Of a stretch of 64,000 bases of DNA, positions 30,003 through 41,441 are shown piece by piece. Every line of letters begins with the position of its first letter. Position 1 is the first letter of the stretch. The position numbers and the translations under genes are program-made. The notes below the pieces were generated by a model. The model was not told where the DNA came from. It made no database searches and saw nothing but the letters and a program-made list of their open reading frames with translations. The stretch is from Opitutaceae bacterium (GTDB lineage Bacteria; Verrucomicrobiota; Verrucomicrobiia; Opitutales; Coraliomargaritaceae): the NCBI GenBank assembly GCA_051252375.1, contig JBPOFY010000005.1, positions 128,001 through 192,000 on the forward strand. Direction: 5' to 3'.

Positions 30003-30420
30003 TTAACCACAAAAATCACAGAAATCACAAAAATGGATACTCAAGAATTAGTTGATGTCGTTCGACAAACTGGTTTTGAAGTTCACGTGTATTTTAAGAA
30101 TGGGTTTCTTGAAAAGGTATACGAGAACTCACTTGTTAATCGATTGCGTAGTAAGGGGATAGAAGTTGTTCAGCAGCATCCCTTAAGCGTCATTGATGAG
30201 GATGGTAGTGTTGTTGGTGAGTATTATGCCGATCTCTTTATTGGTGGGCAATTGATCGTTGAACTGAAGGCAGTGAAGCACCTCGACGTGAGTCACTATG
30301 CCCAAGTTTTGTCCTATTTGAAAACGTCTAATGTAAAACATGGAATGCTTATGAACTTTGGTGCTTCCAAGTTTGAAGTTAAGAAATTCGTTTTGTGATT
30401 TTTGTGTATTATGTGGTTAA
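30003..30420. mobile_element. GxxExxY gene bracketed by 30-bp inverted repeats
   Basis: Left IR 30003-30032 abuts the ATG; right IR 30391-30420 overlaps the stop; 26/30 identical; 9-nt internal periodicity. Confidence 0.65.
30033..30398 (+). CDS. GxxExxY family protein (PD-(D/E)XK nuclease fold)
   Basis: GFLEKVY, ADLFIGGQLIVELK, AQVLSYLK, GMLMNFG. Confidence 0.95.
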   Translation: MDTQELVDVVRQTGFEVHVYFKNGFLEKVYENSLVNRLRSKGIEVVQQHPLSVIDEDGSVVGEYYADLFIGGQLIVELKAVKHLDVSHYAQVLSYLKTSNVKHGMLMNFGASKFEVKKFVL

Positions 30421-30433
30421 TTAAATTTTCATT

Positions 30434-31243
30434 ATGAACACTGTATCCAAAGAAATAATACATACAAACAGTGAGGCGGTATCGACGAAGTCGTTGCCTT
30501 TAGTGGTGCGAGATTTGACGGTGGCGTATCATCGTAAGCCAGTGGTTTGGGATGTGGAGCTTTCGATTCCAGAGGGGAAATTGGTCAGCATTGTTGGACC
30601 CAATGGTGCGGGTAAGAGCACATTGTTGAAGGCCGCGCTGGACCTGATCCCACGTTCTTCCGGTGAGGTGCTTATTTACGGTGAGCCTTATTCGAAAGCG
30701 CGTAAGCGAGTGGGCTATGTGCCGCAGCGCGAGAGTGTGGATTGGGATTTCCCGGTGAGTGCTCTCGATGTGGTTGCTATGGGCACCTACGGGCAGCTTG
30801 GTTGGTTTCGACGGGTGAATAAACGTTCGAAGGCGCTGGCGATGCAGGCTTTGGATCGTGTGGGACTCGCTGATTACGCGCATCGGCAAATTAGTCAGCT
30901 TTCAGGCGGGCAACAACAGCGCACTTTCTTGGCCCGTGCGTTGGTGCAAGATGCAGATATCTATTTTATGGACGAGCCATTTGCTGCGGTCGATGCGGCG
31001 ACGGAGCGAGCGATTGTAGACTTGCTCAAAGAGCTACAGCAACGCGGTAAGACCTGTTTGGTGGTGCACCACGATTTGGCGACGGTGCCGGAATATTTTG
31101 ATTGGACGGTGTTGCTCAACATGCGCGTCGTGGCGAGTGGTCCGACTGAAGAAGTATTTAATCAGGAGAACTTGCATAAGACTTACGGTGGTAAGTTGAC
31201 GCTCTTAAGCCAAGCCGCAGAGGAACTCATGCGAAAACGATGA
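30434..31243 (+). CDS. Metal ABC transporter ATP-binding protein (TroB/MntB-like)
   Basis: GPNGAGKS, YVPQR..VDWDFP, LSGGQQQR, MDEPF, HHDL. Confidence 0.96.
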   Translation: MNTVSKEIIHTNSEAVSTKSLPLVVRDLTVAYHRKPVVWDVELSIPEGKLVSIVGPNGAGKSTLLKAALDLIPRSSGEVLIYGEPYSKARKRVGYVPQRESVDWDFPVSALDVVAMGTYGQLGWFRRVNKRSKALAMQALDRVGLADYAHRQISQLSGGQQQRTFLARALVQDADIYFMDEPFAAVDAATERAIVDLLKELQQRGKTCLVVHHDLATVPEYFDWTVLLNMRVVASGPTEEVFNQENLHKTYGGKLTLLSQAAEELMRKR

Positions 31244-31249
31244 AGTTGA

Positions 31250-32602
31250 ATGGAATTTTCTGATATCATCGAAGTGCTTTTTCTGCGTAATTATAATACG
31301 CGCTTGGTGGTCATCTGCACGATGCTCTTAGGTTCGGCATGTGGCCTGATGGGGGGCTTTTTACTGCTGCGTAAGCGCTCGTTGATGGGCGATACATTAT
31401 CTCATGCTACACTGCCCGGTGTCTGCATTGCATTCATGGTCGGCGTGTTGCTGGGTGGCACGGGAAAGTCACTGCCATTCTTGCTTCTAGGTGCGACAGT
31501 TACAGGTGTTTTAGGTTGTGCAGCGGTTTTGTTTATTCGCAATCAATCACGTATCAAAGACGACGCGGCGATGGGCATTGTGTTGTCGGTCTTTTTTGGA
31601 GCTGGGGTGGCTTTATTGACTATGGTGACGAAGATGCCGGACGGCGCGGCCGCGGGATTGGAATCATTTATTTACGGTAAGACCGCGTCGATGGTGTTGA
31701 GTGATTTTTGGCTGCTCACAGTTGTGACCATCTGCGTCTTGGTGCTTTCGATCTTTTTATTTAAGGAATTCCGTCTGCTTTGTTTTGATGAGGCGTATGC
31801 TTTGGCGCAGGGCTGGCCGGTGAAGTTTTTGGATGTTCTACTCTTGGGTCTAGTGACCGCCGTGACCGTGGCTGGGTTGCAAGCGGTGGGCTTGATTCTG
31901 ATCATCGCTTTTTTAATTACGCCAGCTGCTGCGGCTCGTTTTTGGACGGATCGACTGGATCAAATGCTCCTATTGTCTGCGGTTATTGGTGGGATCAGTG
32001 GTTGGCTTGGTGCCAGCGTGAGTGCCTTGATTCCTAATATGCCGGCGGGGGCGTTGATTGTGCTCGTGGCGGCCGGTTGTTTTGTATTCAGCATGCTTTT
32101 TGGCGTGGAGCGAGGGGTGCTGGTGCGGGTGGTGCGGCAGTTGAATTTAAAGCGTAGTGTGGGACGTCAGCATTTATTGCGCGCCTTATATGAAATTCTA
32201 GAAGCAGATGGGCTAGGGGATGAAGGTATTCAGATTCGCGCAGTTCCATTTCGCCAAGTGCGCGGGCGTCGAACATGGAGTGATCGACAGTTGAAGCGTT
32301 ATTTACGATTGGCGTATAATGAAGGATTGGTCGAAACCTTGAACCGATTCGACGAGATCGTATTGACGGAGGCTGGGGTGGAAGCAGCGGCGCAAGTGAC
32401 ACGTAATCACCGACTATGGGAATTGTATTTGATTGAATATGCCGACATTGCAGCGAGTCGGGTCGATCGTGATGCGGATGCGGTGGAGCACGTTCTGGGG
32501 GAGAAGATGGTCGCTTTGTTGGAGAGTAAATTGCAGACATTGCGTCCTGCCGAATCACTTGCCGTTCCGGTGAGTCCACACCCCATTCAACCAGGAGACT
32601 AA
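31250..32602 (+). CDS. Metal ABC permease fused to C-terminal DtxR/TroR-like repressor domain
   Basis: ABC-3 permease GDTLSHATLPG; C-terminal LTEAG..AA..V.RNHRLWELYL....A..VEH. Confidence 0.9.
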   Translation: MEFSDIIEVLFLRNYNTRLVVICTMLLGSACGLMGGFLLLRKRSLMGDTLSHATLPGVCIAFMVGVLLGGTGKSLPFLLLGATVTGVLGCAAVLFIRNQSRIKDDAAMGIVLSVFFGAGVALLTMVTKMPDGAAAGLESFIYGKTASMVLSDFWLLTVVTICVLVLSIFLFKEFRLLCFDEAYALAQGWPVKFLDVLLLGLVTAVTVAGLQAVGLILIIAFLITPAAAARFWTDRLDQMLLLSAVIGGISGWLGASVSALIPNMPAGALIVLVAAGCFVFSMLFGVERGVLVRVVRQLNLKRSVGRQHLLRALYEILEADGLGDEGIQIRAVPFRQVRGRRTWSDRQLKRYLRLAYNEGLVETLNRFDEIVLTEAGVEAAAQVTRNHRLWELYLIEYADIAASRVDRDADAVEHVLGEKMVALLESKLQTLRPAESLAVPVSPHPIQPGD

Positions 32603-32605
32603 GTT

Positions 32606-33547
32606 ATGGAATGGTATGCAATTGATACATGGATTGTAATCGTCGGTATTCTGGCGGCGGTTTCGTGTGCGCTGTTGGGTAATTTCCTCGTGCTTCGCAA
32701 GATGAGCATGATGGGGGACGCGATCAGTCATGCCGTGTTGCCCGGGCTAGCGATTGCATTCTTAGTGACTGGCGCAAGGGCGAGTTTAACGATGTTTATT
32801 GGTGCGGCCGTGGTGGGTGTTTTAACCGCAGTCTTCACTCAGTGGGTGAGCCGTTTCGGGAAGGTCGATGAAGGGGCTTCGATGGGGATTGTCTTCACCA
32901 CGCTTTTTGCACTCGGGCTTTTACTGATTGTTCAGGCCGCGGACCATGTCGACCTCGACGCGAGTTGCGTGCTGTATGGTGCGATCGAATTGACACCTTT
33001 GGATGTGGTATGGAGTCCGTCCATTTTTGGAGCCATTCTCGATGTGCCACGTGCAGCCGTGGTGCTTTCGATTGTCTGTGCGGTGAATCTATTGTTTGTG
33101 GTATTTTTCTTTAAGGAGCTGCGGATCACTTCGTTCGACTCTGAACTGGCGACAACGATGGGCATCAATGCGAATTGGATGCACTATTTGTTGATGACCT
33201 TGGTGGCGATCACGACGGTGGCTGCTTTTGAAGCGGTGGGCAGTATCATCGTGATTGCGATGTTGATCGTGCCGGCGGCAACCGCGCATTTATTAACCGA
33301 TCGCTTAGGTGTGATGATCTTGTTGAGCGTGATACTCGCTGCGCTGTCAGCCGTGCTCGGGCATATCACTGCCTTATTTGTGCCCGGCTGGTTAGGTTTT
33401 GATCCTGCAGTAGTCGATGCCACATCCACATCGGGTATGATGGCGGTGATGGCAGGCGTGCTATTCGCGATCACCCTGTTTTGCGCGCCGCGCTACGGGA
33501 TATTGATCAAGAAATTCGGTCGGATCGACCGAGCTGAAGCAAAGTAG
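32606..33547 (+). CDS. Metal ABC transporter permease (TroD-like)
   Basis: GDAISHAVLPG; multi-TM. Confidence 0.94.
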   Translation: MEWYAIDTWIVIVGILAAVSCALLGNFLVLRKMSMMGDAISHAVLPGLAIAFLVTGARASLTMFIGAAVVGVLTAVFTQWVSRFGKVDEGASMGIVFTTLFALGLLLIVQAADHVDLDASCVLYGAIELTPLDVVWSPSIFGAILDVPRAAVVLSIVCAVNLLFVVFFFKELRITSFDSELATTMGINANWMHYLLMTLVAITTVAAFEAVGSIIVIAMLIVPAATAHLLTDRLGVMILLSVILAALSAVLGHITALFVPGWLGFDPAVVDATSTSGMMAVMAGVLFAITLFCAPRYGILIKKFGRIDRAEAK

Positions 33548-33556
33548 GTGAAGCGA

Positions 33557-34465
33557 TTAGGCTTCGTCTTTTTCGAGACTGTTTAAGTCTTTCGACGTGA
33601 GGAGCTCGATCAGTTTCTTCATCGCCGGAGTTAGCACACGACCTTTGCGGTGGATCAGTGCGAGTGGGCGCTTGTAAACCTTGGATTTGAAGCGGATGAC
33701 CTTGAGCAGACCTTGGGCTTCTTCGCGAACCACTGTGGTTTGCGGTAAAATCGCGATGCCTGCGTTGATCTCGACGGCGCGTTTGACTGTCTCGACGTTG
33801 TCGAACTCCATAACGGGGTCGCACTCCAAGTTGGCTTCGCGGAAAATTTGGTCGGTTGCTTTACGAGTTGGAATGTCGGGCTCGAAACCGATGAATTTCT
33901 GACCGGCGACTTCTTCGATGTCCACGCTCTTACGCTTAGCGAGCGGGTGTTCCGGGCTGACGACGAGAACGAGGATGTCGTCGTGGAAGGGTAGGATCTC
34001 CAGTTGCTTGTGCTTTTGCGGGTAGGCGATGAGACCCAAATCAATGGAATTCGTGAGGATGTCTTCGTAAACCATGTTGGCACGGCGATATTCCACGCGG
34101 ATGTTGACCTCAGGGAATTTAGAAAGGAATGCTTTGACGTATGGTGGCAGCTCGTGGAGTCCGATACTGTAAACCGTCGAAATGTGGATCGTGCCACTGA
34201 TGACTTTCTTCATCTCTTGCAACTCGCTGTTGAGCTTGTCGTAGAGGTAGAGGATCTCTTTGGCGGATTCGTAGAGTTTTTGCCCCTCGCGTGTCAGTCG
34301 GAATTGCTTTTGGCTGCGGTCAACAATGAGGATGTTGAAATGCTTCTCCATTGCACGTAGCTGTTGACTGACGGCCGATTGTGTAATCCCGTTGAGCTTG
34401 GCGGCGCGGGAGAAGCTTTCGCTTTCGACTAAATCGGAAAAGATTTTGAAGTTTTCTACGTGCAT
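33557..34465 (-). CDS. LysR family transcriptional regulator
   Basis: SFSRAA...ITQSAVSQQ.R..E HTH. Confidence 0.95.
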   Translation of the reverse strand: MHVENFKIFSDLVESESFSRAAKLNGITQSAVSQQLRAMEKHFNILIVDRSQKQFRLTREGQKLYESAKEILYLYDKLNSELQEMKKVISGTIHISTVYSIGLHELPPYVKAFLSKFPEVNIRVEYRRANMVYEDILTNSIDLGLIAYPQKHKQLEILPFHDDILVLVVSPEHPLAKRKSVDIEEVAGQKFIGFEPDIPTRKATDQIFREANLECDPVMEFDNVETVKRAVEINAGIAILPQTTVVREEAQGLLKVIRFKSKVYKRPLALIHRKGRVLTPAMKKLIELLTSKDLNSLEKDEA

Positions 34466-34559
34466 AATATAACTTGTATAACTATCACTAATGGGATTGC
34501 AAGTCCGTAAACAGTAAAACTAATTTTAAAAAATCTAATCACGATTTCTGCTTATAGCT

Positions 34560-35255
34560 ATGATCTCTTTTGAGCAATTTTCGCATAATTTAGCATCTGT
34601 TCAGTCACGTATGGCGGCGGCGTGTAAGGTTTTTGGGCGTGCGCCCGAAAGCGTGGTGCTGCTTCCGGTGACAAAGAATCATCCCGTCGATGCAGTTATT
34701 TATGCCAATCGAGCTGGATTGAAGGCGGTTGGAGAGAATCGGGTGCAGGAAGCTGCTCAGAAGCACGGGCAAACGGATATAGCTGTGCGCTGGGAGCTAA
34801 TCGGTCATTTACAATCGAATAAGGTCAAGGCAGCGGTTGAGCTGTTTGATCGAGTGCAATCGGTGGATTCATTGAAGCTATTAGAGCGTTTGAACCGTCA
34901 AGCTGCTGAAGTTGGTAAAAAGCTCCCGATATTATTGCAGTGTAATACCGGAGAAGACCCGAATAAGCATGGTTTCATGGTCGGTGAAATGGCACAGGCT
35001 CTAGAGCAGGCTTTGGCAGCTGAGTCATTGCAAGTAGATGGCCTTATGACAATTGCGCCGCTAGATGACGATTTGGACGTAGCGAAAGCTGCGTTTATAG
35101 GGCTACGGGAGCTCCGTGATGATTTGGCGGCACAGTTTGGAGTCGCTCTACCCGAACTCTCGATGGGGATGACGGGTGACCTCGAAGTGGCGATTGCGGC
35201 GGGTTCGACTCAGATCCGAGTAGGCACGGCACTTTACGGCGCACGGCAGTATTAG
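34560..35255 (+). CDS. yggS: PLP homeostasis protein YggS/PipY
   Basis: LPVTK, GENRVQE, IGHLQSNK, LSMGM..D...AI..GST..RVG. Confidence 0.95.
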   Translation: MISFEQFSHNLASVQSRMAAACKVFGRAPESVVLLPVTKNHPVDAVIYANRAGLKAVGENRVQEAAQKHGQTDIAVRWELIGHLQSNKVKAAVELFDRVQSVDSLKLLERLNRQAAEVGKKLPILLQCNTGEDPNKHGFMVGEMAQALEQALAAESLQVDGLMTIAPLDDDLDVAKAAFIGLRELRDDLAAQFGVALPELSMGMTGDLEVAIAAGSTQIRVGTALYGARQY

Positions 35256-35256
35256 G

Positions 35257-36468
35257 CTATTGAATCAACATGCCGGCGATCGCGGCACTGGATAGATTTG
35301 CCAGCGTGCCAGCGAGGACGGCCTTGAGCCCGAGTTGAGCGATTTCTTGTCGGCGCTGTGGCACGAGACTACCGAGACCTCCGAGAAGAATCGCAATCGA
35401 GGAAAAGTTGGCAAACCCGCAGAGGGCGAAAGTCAGTATCGCCTGTGTGCGTGGGGCAAAGGTCTCTGCGATTGGTGCAAACTCTGCAAAGGCAACAAAC
35501 TCGTTGAGCACCAGCTTTTGTCCGATGAAAGAACCGCCAGTGACGGCTTGTTCCCACGGCACGCCGAGCAGCCAGGCGACTGGGCTGAAGGCGTAGCCTA
35601 GGATCAATTGCAGGCTTAAGGCTTCGTAGCCGAAAAGACCGCCGGCCCATCCGAGCATGCCGTTGATGAGCGCGATCAGACCGATGAATGCGATCAACAT
35701 CGCACCTACGTTGAGCGCGAGCTTGAGACCATCGCCAGCACCATGTGCCGCGGCATCGAAGACGTTTACTGGCGCGCCTTCTTTATCTTCTTCCAGTTTA
35801 CTATTGTCGGCGGTCTCCGTCTCAGGAATTAGAAGCTTGGCAAAGAGTAGGCCGGCGGGCGCCGCCATGAAGCATGCGGCAAGGAGGAATTTGAGTTCGA
35901 CCCCCATAGCGGCATAGCCCGCGAGCACACTACCTGCGATGGATGCGAGTCCACCCACCATGACGGCGAAAAACTCGGAACGTGTCATCCGTGGCAGGTA
36001 AGGCTTGATCGCAAGTGGGGCTTCAGTCTGTCCCACGAAAATGTTGGCGGTCGCACTGAGTGATTCGGCGCGACTGGTGCCGAGTAGTTTTCGAATGCCG
36101 CCTCCAATTAAAGTGACCACGATTGGCATGACGCGCAGATAGTAGAGCACTGAGATCAGCGAGGAGAAAAAGATAATGACTGGCAGCACCTTGAAGGCAA
36201 AGACGAAGCCGAGACTTTGCGATGGGTCACTGAGTCCGCCAAAGAGAAACAAGATACCATCGTTGCCAAATGCGATGACTGCGTAGACTAACTCCGAGAG
36301 CCAGGCGAGGGCGCTTTTACCCCAAGGGACGAAAAGAACTAAGACGCCGAATCCAAATTGTATGGCGATCGCGCCACCGATGGTTCGCCAGTTGATGTCT
36401 TTACGCGAAGTAGAGCAAAGCCATGCGAAGGCGATAAGAACACAATAACCGAGCAAACTAATAAGCAT
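35257..36468 (-). CDS. nupC: NupC family concentrative nucleoside transporter
   Basis: [30 protein letters not shown]. Confidence 0.93.
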   Translation of the reverse strand: MLISLLGYCVLIAFAWLCSTSRKDINWRTIGGAIAIQFGFGVLVLFVPWGKSALAWLSELVYAVIAFGNDGILFLFGGLSDPSQSLGFVFAFKVLPVIIFFSSLISVLYYLRVMPIVVTLIGGGIRKLLGTSRAESLSATANIFVGQTEAPLAIKPYLPRMTRSEFFAVMVGGLASIAGSVLAGYAAMGVELKFLLAACFMAAPAGLLFAKLLIPETETADNSKLEEDKEGAPVNVFDAAAHGAGDGLKLALNVGAMLIAFIGLIALINGMLGWAGGLFGYEALSLQLILGYAFSPVAWLLGVPWEQAVTGGSFIGQKLVLNEFVAFAEFAPIAETFAPRTQAILTFALCGFANFSSIAILLGGLGSLVPQRRQEIAQLGLKAVLAGTLANLSSAAIAGMLIQ

Positions 36469-36825
36469 GGCTGCGCACTTTGGTAGCTAAAGCCTTAGCA
36501 TGCAAGCGGTTTGCTGCGTTTGCTACGGCTCAAATTGCAGAGTGTAATGGTTTACCGTGGAATTCTGTGTATTGCGAATTTCGATACGCGCTACGACGGG
36601 CTGTGCTGACGTCGGTGTTGTTGATTGCAGGAATCGAATGCGATCACCTTAAGTGGACTGTCGAAATCTGTTGGATAATAGGCTTGAACCAACTCCAGTG
36701 TAATAAGTCCAAATAAGAAAAGATTGAGAGTCGTGCGTATACTTAGGGCAATATGTGCCTTTGTTGATACTGGCAAGGGGAGAGTAGAGTTGACAAATTT
36801 GGTGCTCATCTCGTCAATCGGCGCT

Positions 36826-37892
<1,067 letters not shown>

Positions 37893-38011
37893 TTCGGCTG
37901 GCTCAGATATAGGTCTTAAAAGTGTCCATATATTGGTATATTTTCCCTCTTTTCGCCCTTGACAGCTCTAAGTCGAATCACCACTTTTCCGCCCTTTAAC
38001 TTTTAACAGAC

Positions 38012-38269
38012 ATGGCAAATACTAAATCAGCACTCAAATATATCCGTAAAACGGAAGGTCGTACGCTTCGTAACCGTCAGGTAAAAAGCCGCTTGAAGAC
38101 TTTGGCTAAAAAGGTCGAGGCTTCAGTCGCAGCTGGCGATAAAGACGCGATCATCGTGGCAACACGTCTATACATTTCCGCTTTGGATAAGGCCGCTAAA
38201 ACTGGTCTTGTGCATGCGAACAAAATCGCACGTCACAAAGCACGTTGTGCTGCATTGGCTGCCGCGTAG
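38012..38269 (+). CDS. rpsT: 30S ribosomal protein S20
   Basis: MANTKSALK.IR...RN..KS..KT, DKAA..G..H.N. Confidence 0.97.
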   Translation: MANTKSALKYIRKTEGRTLRNRQVKSRLKTLAKKVEASVAAGDKDAIIVATRLYISALDKAAKTGLVHANKIARHKARCAALAAA

Positions 38270-38350
38270 TTTTTTCTACCCCACCCAAAAGATGCCCTCG
38301 GATTGCTAGTCAGTTCGGGGGTATTTTATATCCAGAATCGAGAAACCGTT

Positions 38351-39175
38351 GTGAGCCAGAAGCAAAAAGCAGATGCCATTGGATTTCCGCCACCATTGAT
38401 GGGGCAGGAGCCGCTGCGTTTGCCTGTGTTGGCAGAGGAGGGCGACTGGATTGCCTTAAATAAGCCCAGCGGCCTCGCGGTGCGTGAGTATCCTTGGGAT
38501 GGTAAGCGACCCAACCTCGATGCGGCCTTGAATGCTCAGCTGCAGGCAGGGAAGCCGGAACTCGTGCGCCGCGGTGCCACACTTTTTGGTTCTATGTACT
38601 ATTTGGACCCAGAAATCAGTGGTGTCGCCATTTTTGGAAAGAGCCGAGAGGGTCTTGCTACGCTGCGTAATCGTTTTGGCTCCGGAGATTGTGCTTTTAC
38701 CTTCTTATTTGTTTCAGGACCTAAGCCTGAAGATGTGGAGGAACGTGTAGCTGCGGACGCGCCATTGCTGCCTCATAATACGAAGCCAAAGATGATTCCC
38801 TCGACGGCAAAAGGTAAAAAGTCCTTCACAGAGTTCAGCTTGAAGGCGCAGTCAGCTGCTGGATGGACGGTTTGGGAGGCACGCACGCAGTTTTTTCGCC
38901 CACATCAAGTACGTGCCCATGCCGCAGTGCTTGGGATCCCTGTTTTGGGGGATACGCTCTATGATGGTCCCGTTGCGCCCACACGACGTGATTTGGAGCC
39001 CAAAAAGAAGGGTGGAGGGCTCAATGTGTCGGCTTTTGAAGGAATGGCATTACATTTGGCGACTTGTGACTTGTGTAACGGAGTCCCGGCAATCGAGGCA
39101 GAGCTTCCAAGGCACCTAGGGCTCTTTATTCAGCGCTTGGGTTTAATGCCCACGATAGATGCCTCAGTTGACTAA
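38351..39175 (+). CDS. RluA-family pseudouridine synthase-like protein
   Basis: [17 protein letters not shown] (motif II variant), HQVRAH, PVLGD.LY; start placed at GTG 38351. Confidence 0.75.
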   Translation: MSQKQKADAIGFPPPLMGQEPLRLPVLAEEGDWIALNKPSGLAVREYPWDGKRPNLDAALNAQLQAGKPELVRRGATLFGSMYYLDPEISGVAIFGKSREGLATLRNRFGSGDCAFTFLFVSGPKPEDVEERVAADAPLLPHNTKPKMIPSTAKGKKSFTEFSLKAQSAAGWTVWEARTQFFRPHQVRAHAAVLGIPVLGDTLYDGPVAPTRRDLEPKKKGGGLNVSAFEGMALHLATCDLCNGVPAIEAELPRHLGLFIQRLGLMPTIDASVD

Positions 39176-39255
39176 ATACGAAAAAAACCTTTACAGCCTA
39201 TTCCTTTTCTGACTCCTTTTCACTTTTCTCTAAACAATTCAGCACAAAAATTTCC

Positions 39256-39351
39256 ATGGGTAACCTTAAAAAGAAACGTCGTCTTAAGATGAACAATCAC
39301 AAACGCCGCAAGCGTTTGAAATCAAACCGTCACAAGAAACGCACTTGGTAG
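39256..39351 (+). CDS. Small basic protein, AURKAIP1/COX24 (bS22/mS38-like) family
   Basis: Manual translation [31 protein letters not shown] (31 aa), below the ORF-track cutoff; followed by a terminator. Confidence 0.85.
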   Translation: MGNLKKKRRLKMNNHKRRKRLKSNRHKKRTW

Positions 39352-39390
39352 TGCGGAATTAGACGTCGACGACTCGTCAACGCTTTCATC

Positions 39391-39425
39391 AAACGGCTCC
39401 TCGCATCGAGGAGCCGTTTTTTTTT
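39391..39425 (+). terminator. Rho-independent terminator
   Basis: AAACGGCTCCTCG-CAT-CGAGGAGCCGTTTTTTTTT. Confidence 0.9.
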
Positions 39426-39745
39426 GTAACTAGATGAATTCCCTGGGGCAGTTTGGTGTCTCTGGTTTTAGGGCTTTCTGGTTACACTTACTACGGAAAT
39501 ACGTGTATTCACTTAGTGGATGCGTTAGGGGGCATCATTTAGTGAATGAATTTTTATACCTCAGTGAGTTGTAAATATCTTTTAATTAGTGATTTCGGAG
39601 GGGTATTTGCCCTTTTTTGTCCTTGCTCGAGGACTTATATAGTGGCAAAAAGATAGGTATGTTCTGTTACGTAACATTTGCTTATCTTAGCGTGACATGC
39701 CAACTACCTAACTCAAGGGACTCCCGATACATTGCTAACTAATCT

Positions 39746-40795
39746 ATGTTAAAGCCAAAGTCTAAAGGTCTATTTGTAGATATCTCAGAGTTTTCGATAT
39801 TAGCTGCGAGAACTTCCGGTTATAAACTTCCGATGGTTATTGAGGAAATTGCAGAATTTCCTTTGAAACAGGGGCATGACCCGCTCGAGATTAAGGCCTT
39901 TATTGAGCAATTAGTCGATTTTAAGGGTAGCGAGTATTTCGTCTCGCGCTGTGGCACATATCCGGAAGGTCGTTTTGTGCGTTATTATGAAGCGGAGTCT
40001 GCCTCTAAGGTGAAAGACTTTAAGTTCTTGTCTGATATGCTGAAGTCTGAGTTTAACATCGATGTTGAAACAAATAATGTATCGATTCTCGATGCACGCG
40101 ATGGATCCGATTTTGACATCGAGAGTGGGCAGACGAAGCGCTTGGTTTTTTGCGGTGCACCGAAGGGGTCCTTCCAAGAAGAGCAGGATCATTTACTTGA
40201 GTGCGGAATCTACCCAGAGCGTTTGGAGTTATCTTCCATTACCACCCTTGGAGGGGTCAGCGACTACGCCCGTTTCAACGGAATCAATTCTCCCATCTTG
40301 TGTTTCGAGTTAACTTCCCATAGCGCGAATATTTGTATTTTGAATAAGGGACAAGTCGATGTGGCCCGCCCGGTGCCTTTTGGCTTGGATAGTATTTATC
40401 CTCTGCTGCAGAGAGAGTTGGGCCTAAAGGATGAATCATCTGCCAAAAAACTCTTTTTTTCCAATACTTTTGATTTTGCAGAAATGGGACCGAAGTTGCT
40501 CCGCCGCATGACAAAAGAACTGCAGGCATCGACTGGTTTTTATGAAGTGCAGACTGGGCAGACGATTGAGACGGTGTTTCTTAGCGTGCTGCCAAAGAAT
40601 TTAGGTTGGGTGTCCAAAACAGTGTCGGATTCACTCGGTCTCGAAATCATGCAACCCAACTTAGAAGCTTGGCTAGAGAGCTTAAATATTTCGTTGAGCG
40701 AAGACGTTGAAGTGCTGAACCTTGGTGCCCGTTGGTTTGGTCTATTCAGTTTGATGGGTGAGTTTCATTTAAGGCAGGAGGTTGACGGTGAGTAA
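39746..40795 (+). CDS. PilM/GspL-like cytoplasmic assembly protein
   Basis: First gene of an operon ending in a secretin; KEL..S.GFY and terminal segments resemble PilM. Confidence 0.65.
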   Translation: MLKPKSKGLFVDISEFSILAARTSGYKLPMVIEEIAEFPLKQGHDPLEIKAFIEQLVDFKGSEYFVSRCGTYPEGRFVRYYEAESASKVKDFKFLSDMLKSEFNIDVETNNVSILDARDGSDFDIESGQTKRLVFCGAPKGSFQEEQDHLLECGIYPERLELSSITTLGGVSDYARFNGINSPILCFELTSHSANICILNKGQVDVARPVPFGLDSIYPLLQRELGLKDESSAKKLFFSNTFDFAEMGPKLLRRMTKELQASTGFYEVQTGQTIETVFLSVLPKNLGWVSKTVSDSLGLEIMQPNLEAWLESLNISLSEDVEVLNLGARWFGLFSLMGEFHLRQEVDGE

Positions 40796-41441
40796 AAATT
40801 CTAAAGACATGCAGCCTTATTGGCGTCCGAACTTTTCAAATCCGGCTACTCTGCCTGATATTAAAGTGGTGCGCACCGACTTCATTATTAATTTCATCGC
40901 AGTGACGCTCGTTCTGATCGTCGGCTTCTATGTCCTGCAGCGCGAATACCGTGCATACTCTTTAGGTAATACCATCGAAGATATGGAAAATCGTATTCGT
41001 GTGGCCGATCCGGACGACAACTTGAATTTAAAAATGAGCGATCGTTTTCGTGAAGCGACTCGCCACATTGTCGAATTAGAGCGCTTTTTCGGTTCGCCAG
41101 TCATGGCTCATGAGTTTCTTGCGATGATGTCAGAACTTCGTCCAGAAGGTTTGATTTTCAATGTGATTTCGGTTTCTGAAGGCATTAAAAAACAAGGCAC
41201 AAAATCTTTTGCGGAATATCGTGTTAATATGTCCGGCGAAGTGAAGGACCCCTTATTGTTGAGCGCTTTCAAAGAGTCGCTTCAAGGCTCTTCTTTTGTT
41301 CAAGACAATCCGCATATGGAGTATGAGATAGATGAGTCGCTACAAACTAGAAATGCCAAGACGGGTATTTTCCCATATCGAATGATGATTGTCATCTCCC
41401 CTAAACAGGCTGAGGCAGTAAAGGAAGGAGCTGAAGGATGA
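40788..41441 (+). CDS. PilN-like bitopic membrane protein
   Basis: Single TM then coiled region; GTG start after GGAGG; operon position. Confidence 0.55.
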   Translation: MSKNSKDMQPYWRPNFSNPATLPDIKVVRTDFIINFIAVTLVLIVGFYVLQREYRAYSLGNTIEDMENRIRVADPDDNLNLKMSDRFREATRHIVELERFFGSPVMAHEFLAMMSELRPEGLIFNVISVSEGIKKQGTKSFAEYRVNMSGEVKDPLLLSAFKESLQGSSFVQDNPHMEYEIDESLQTRNAKTGIFPYRMMIVISPKQAEAVKEGAEG

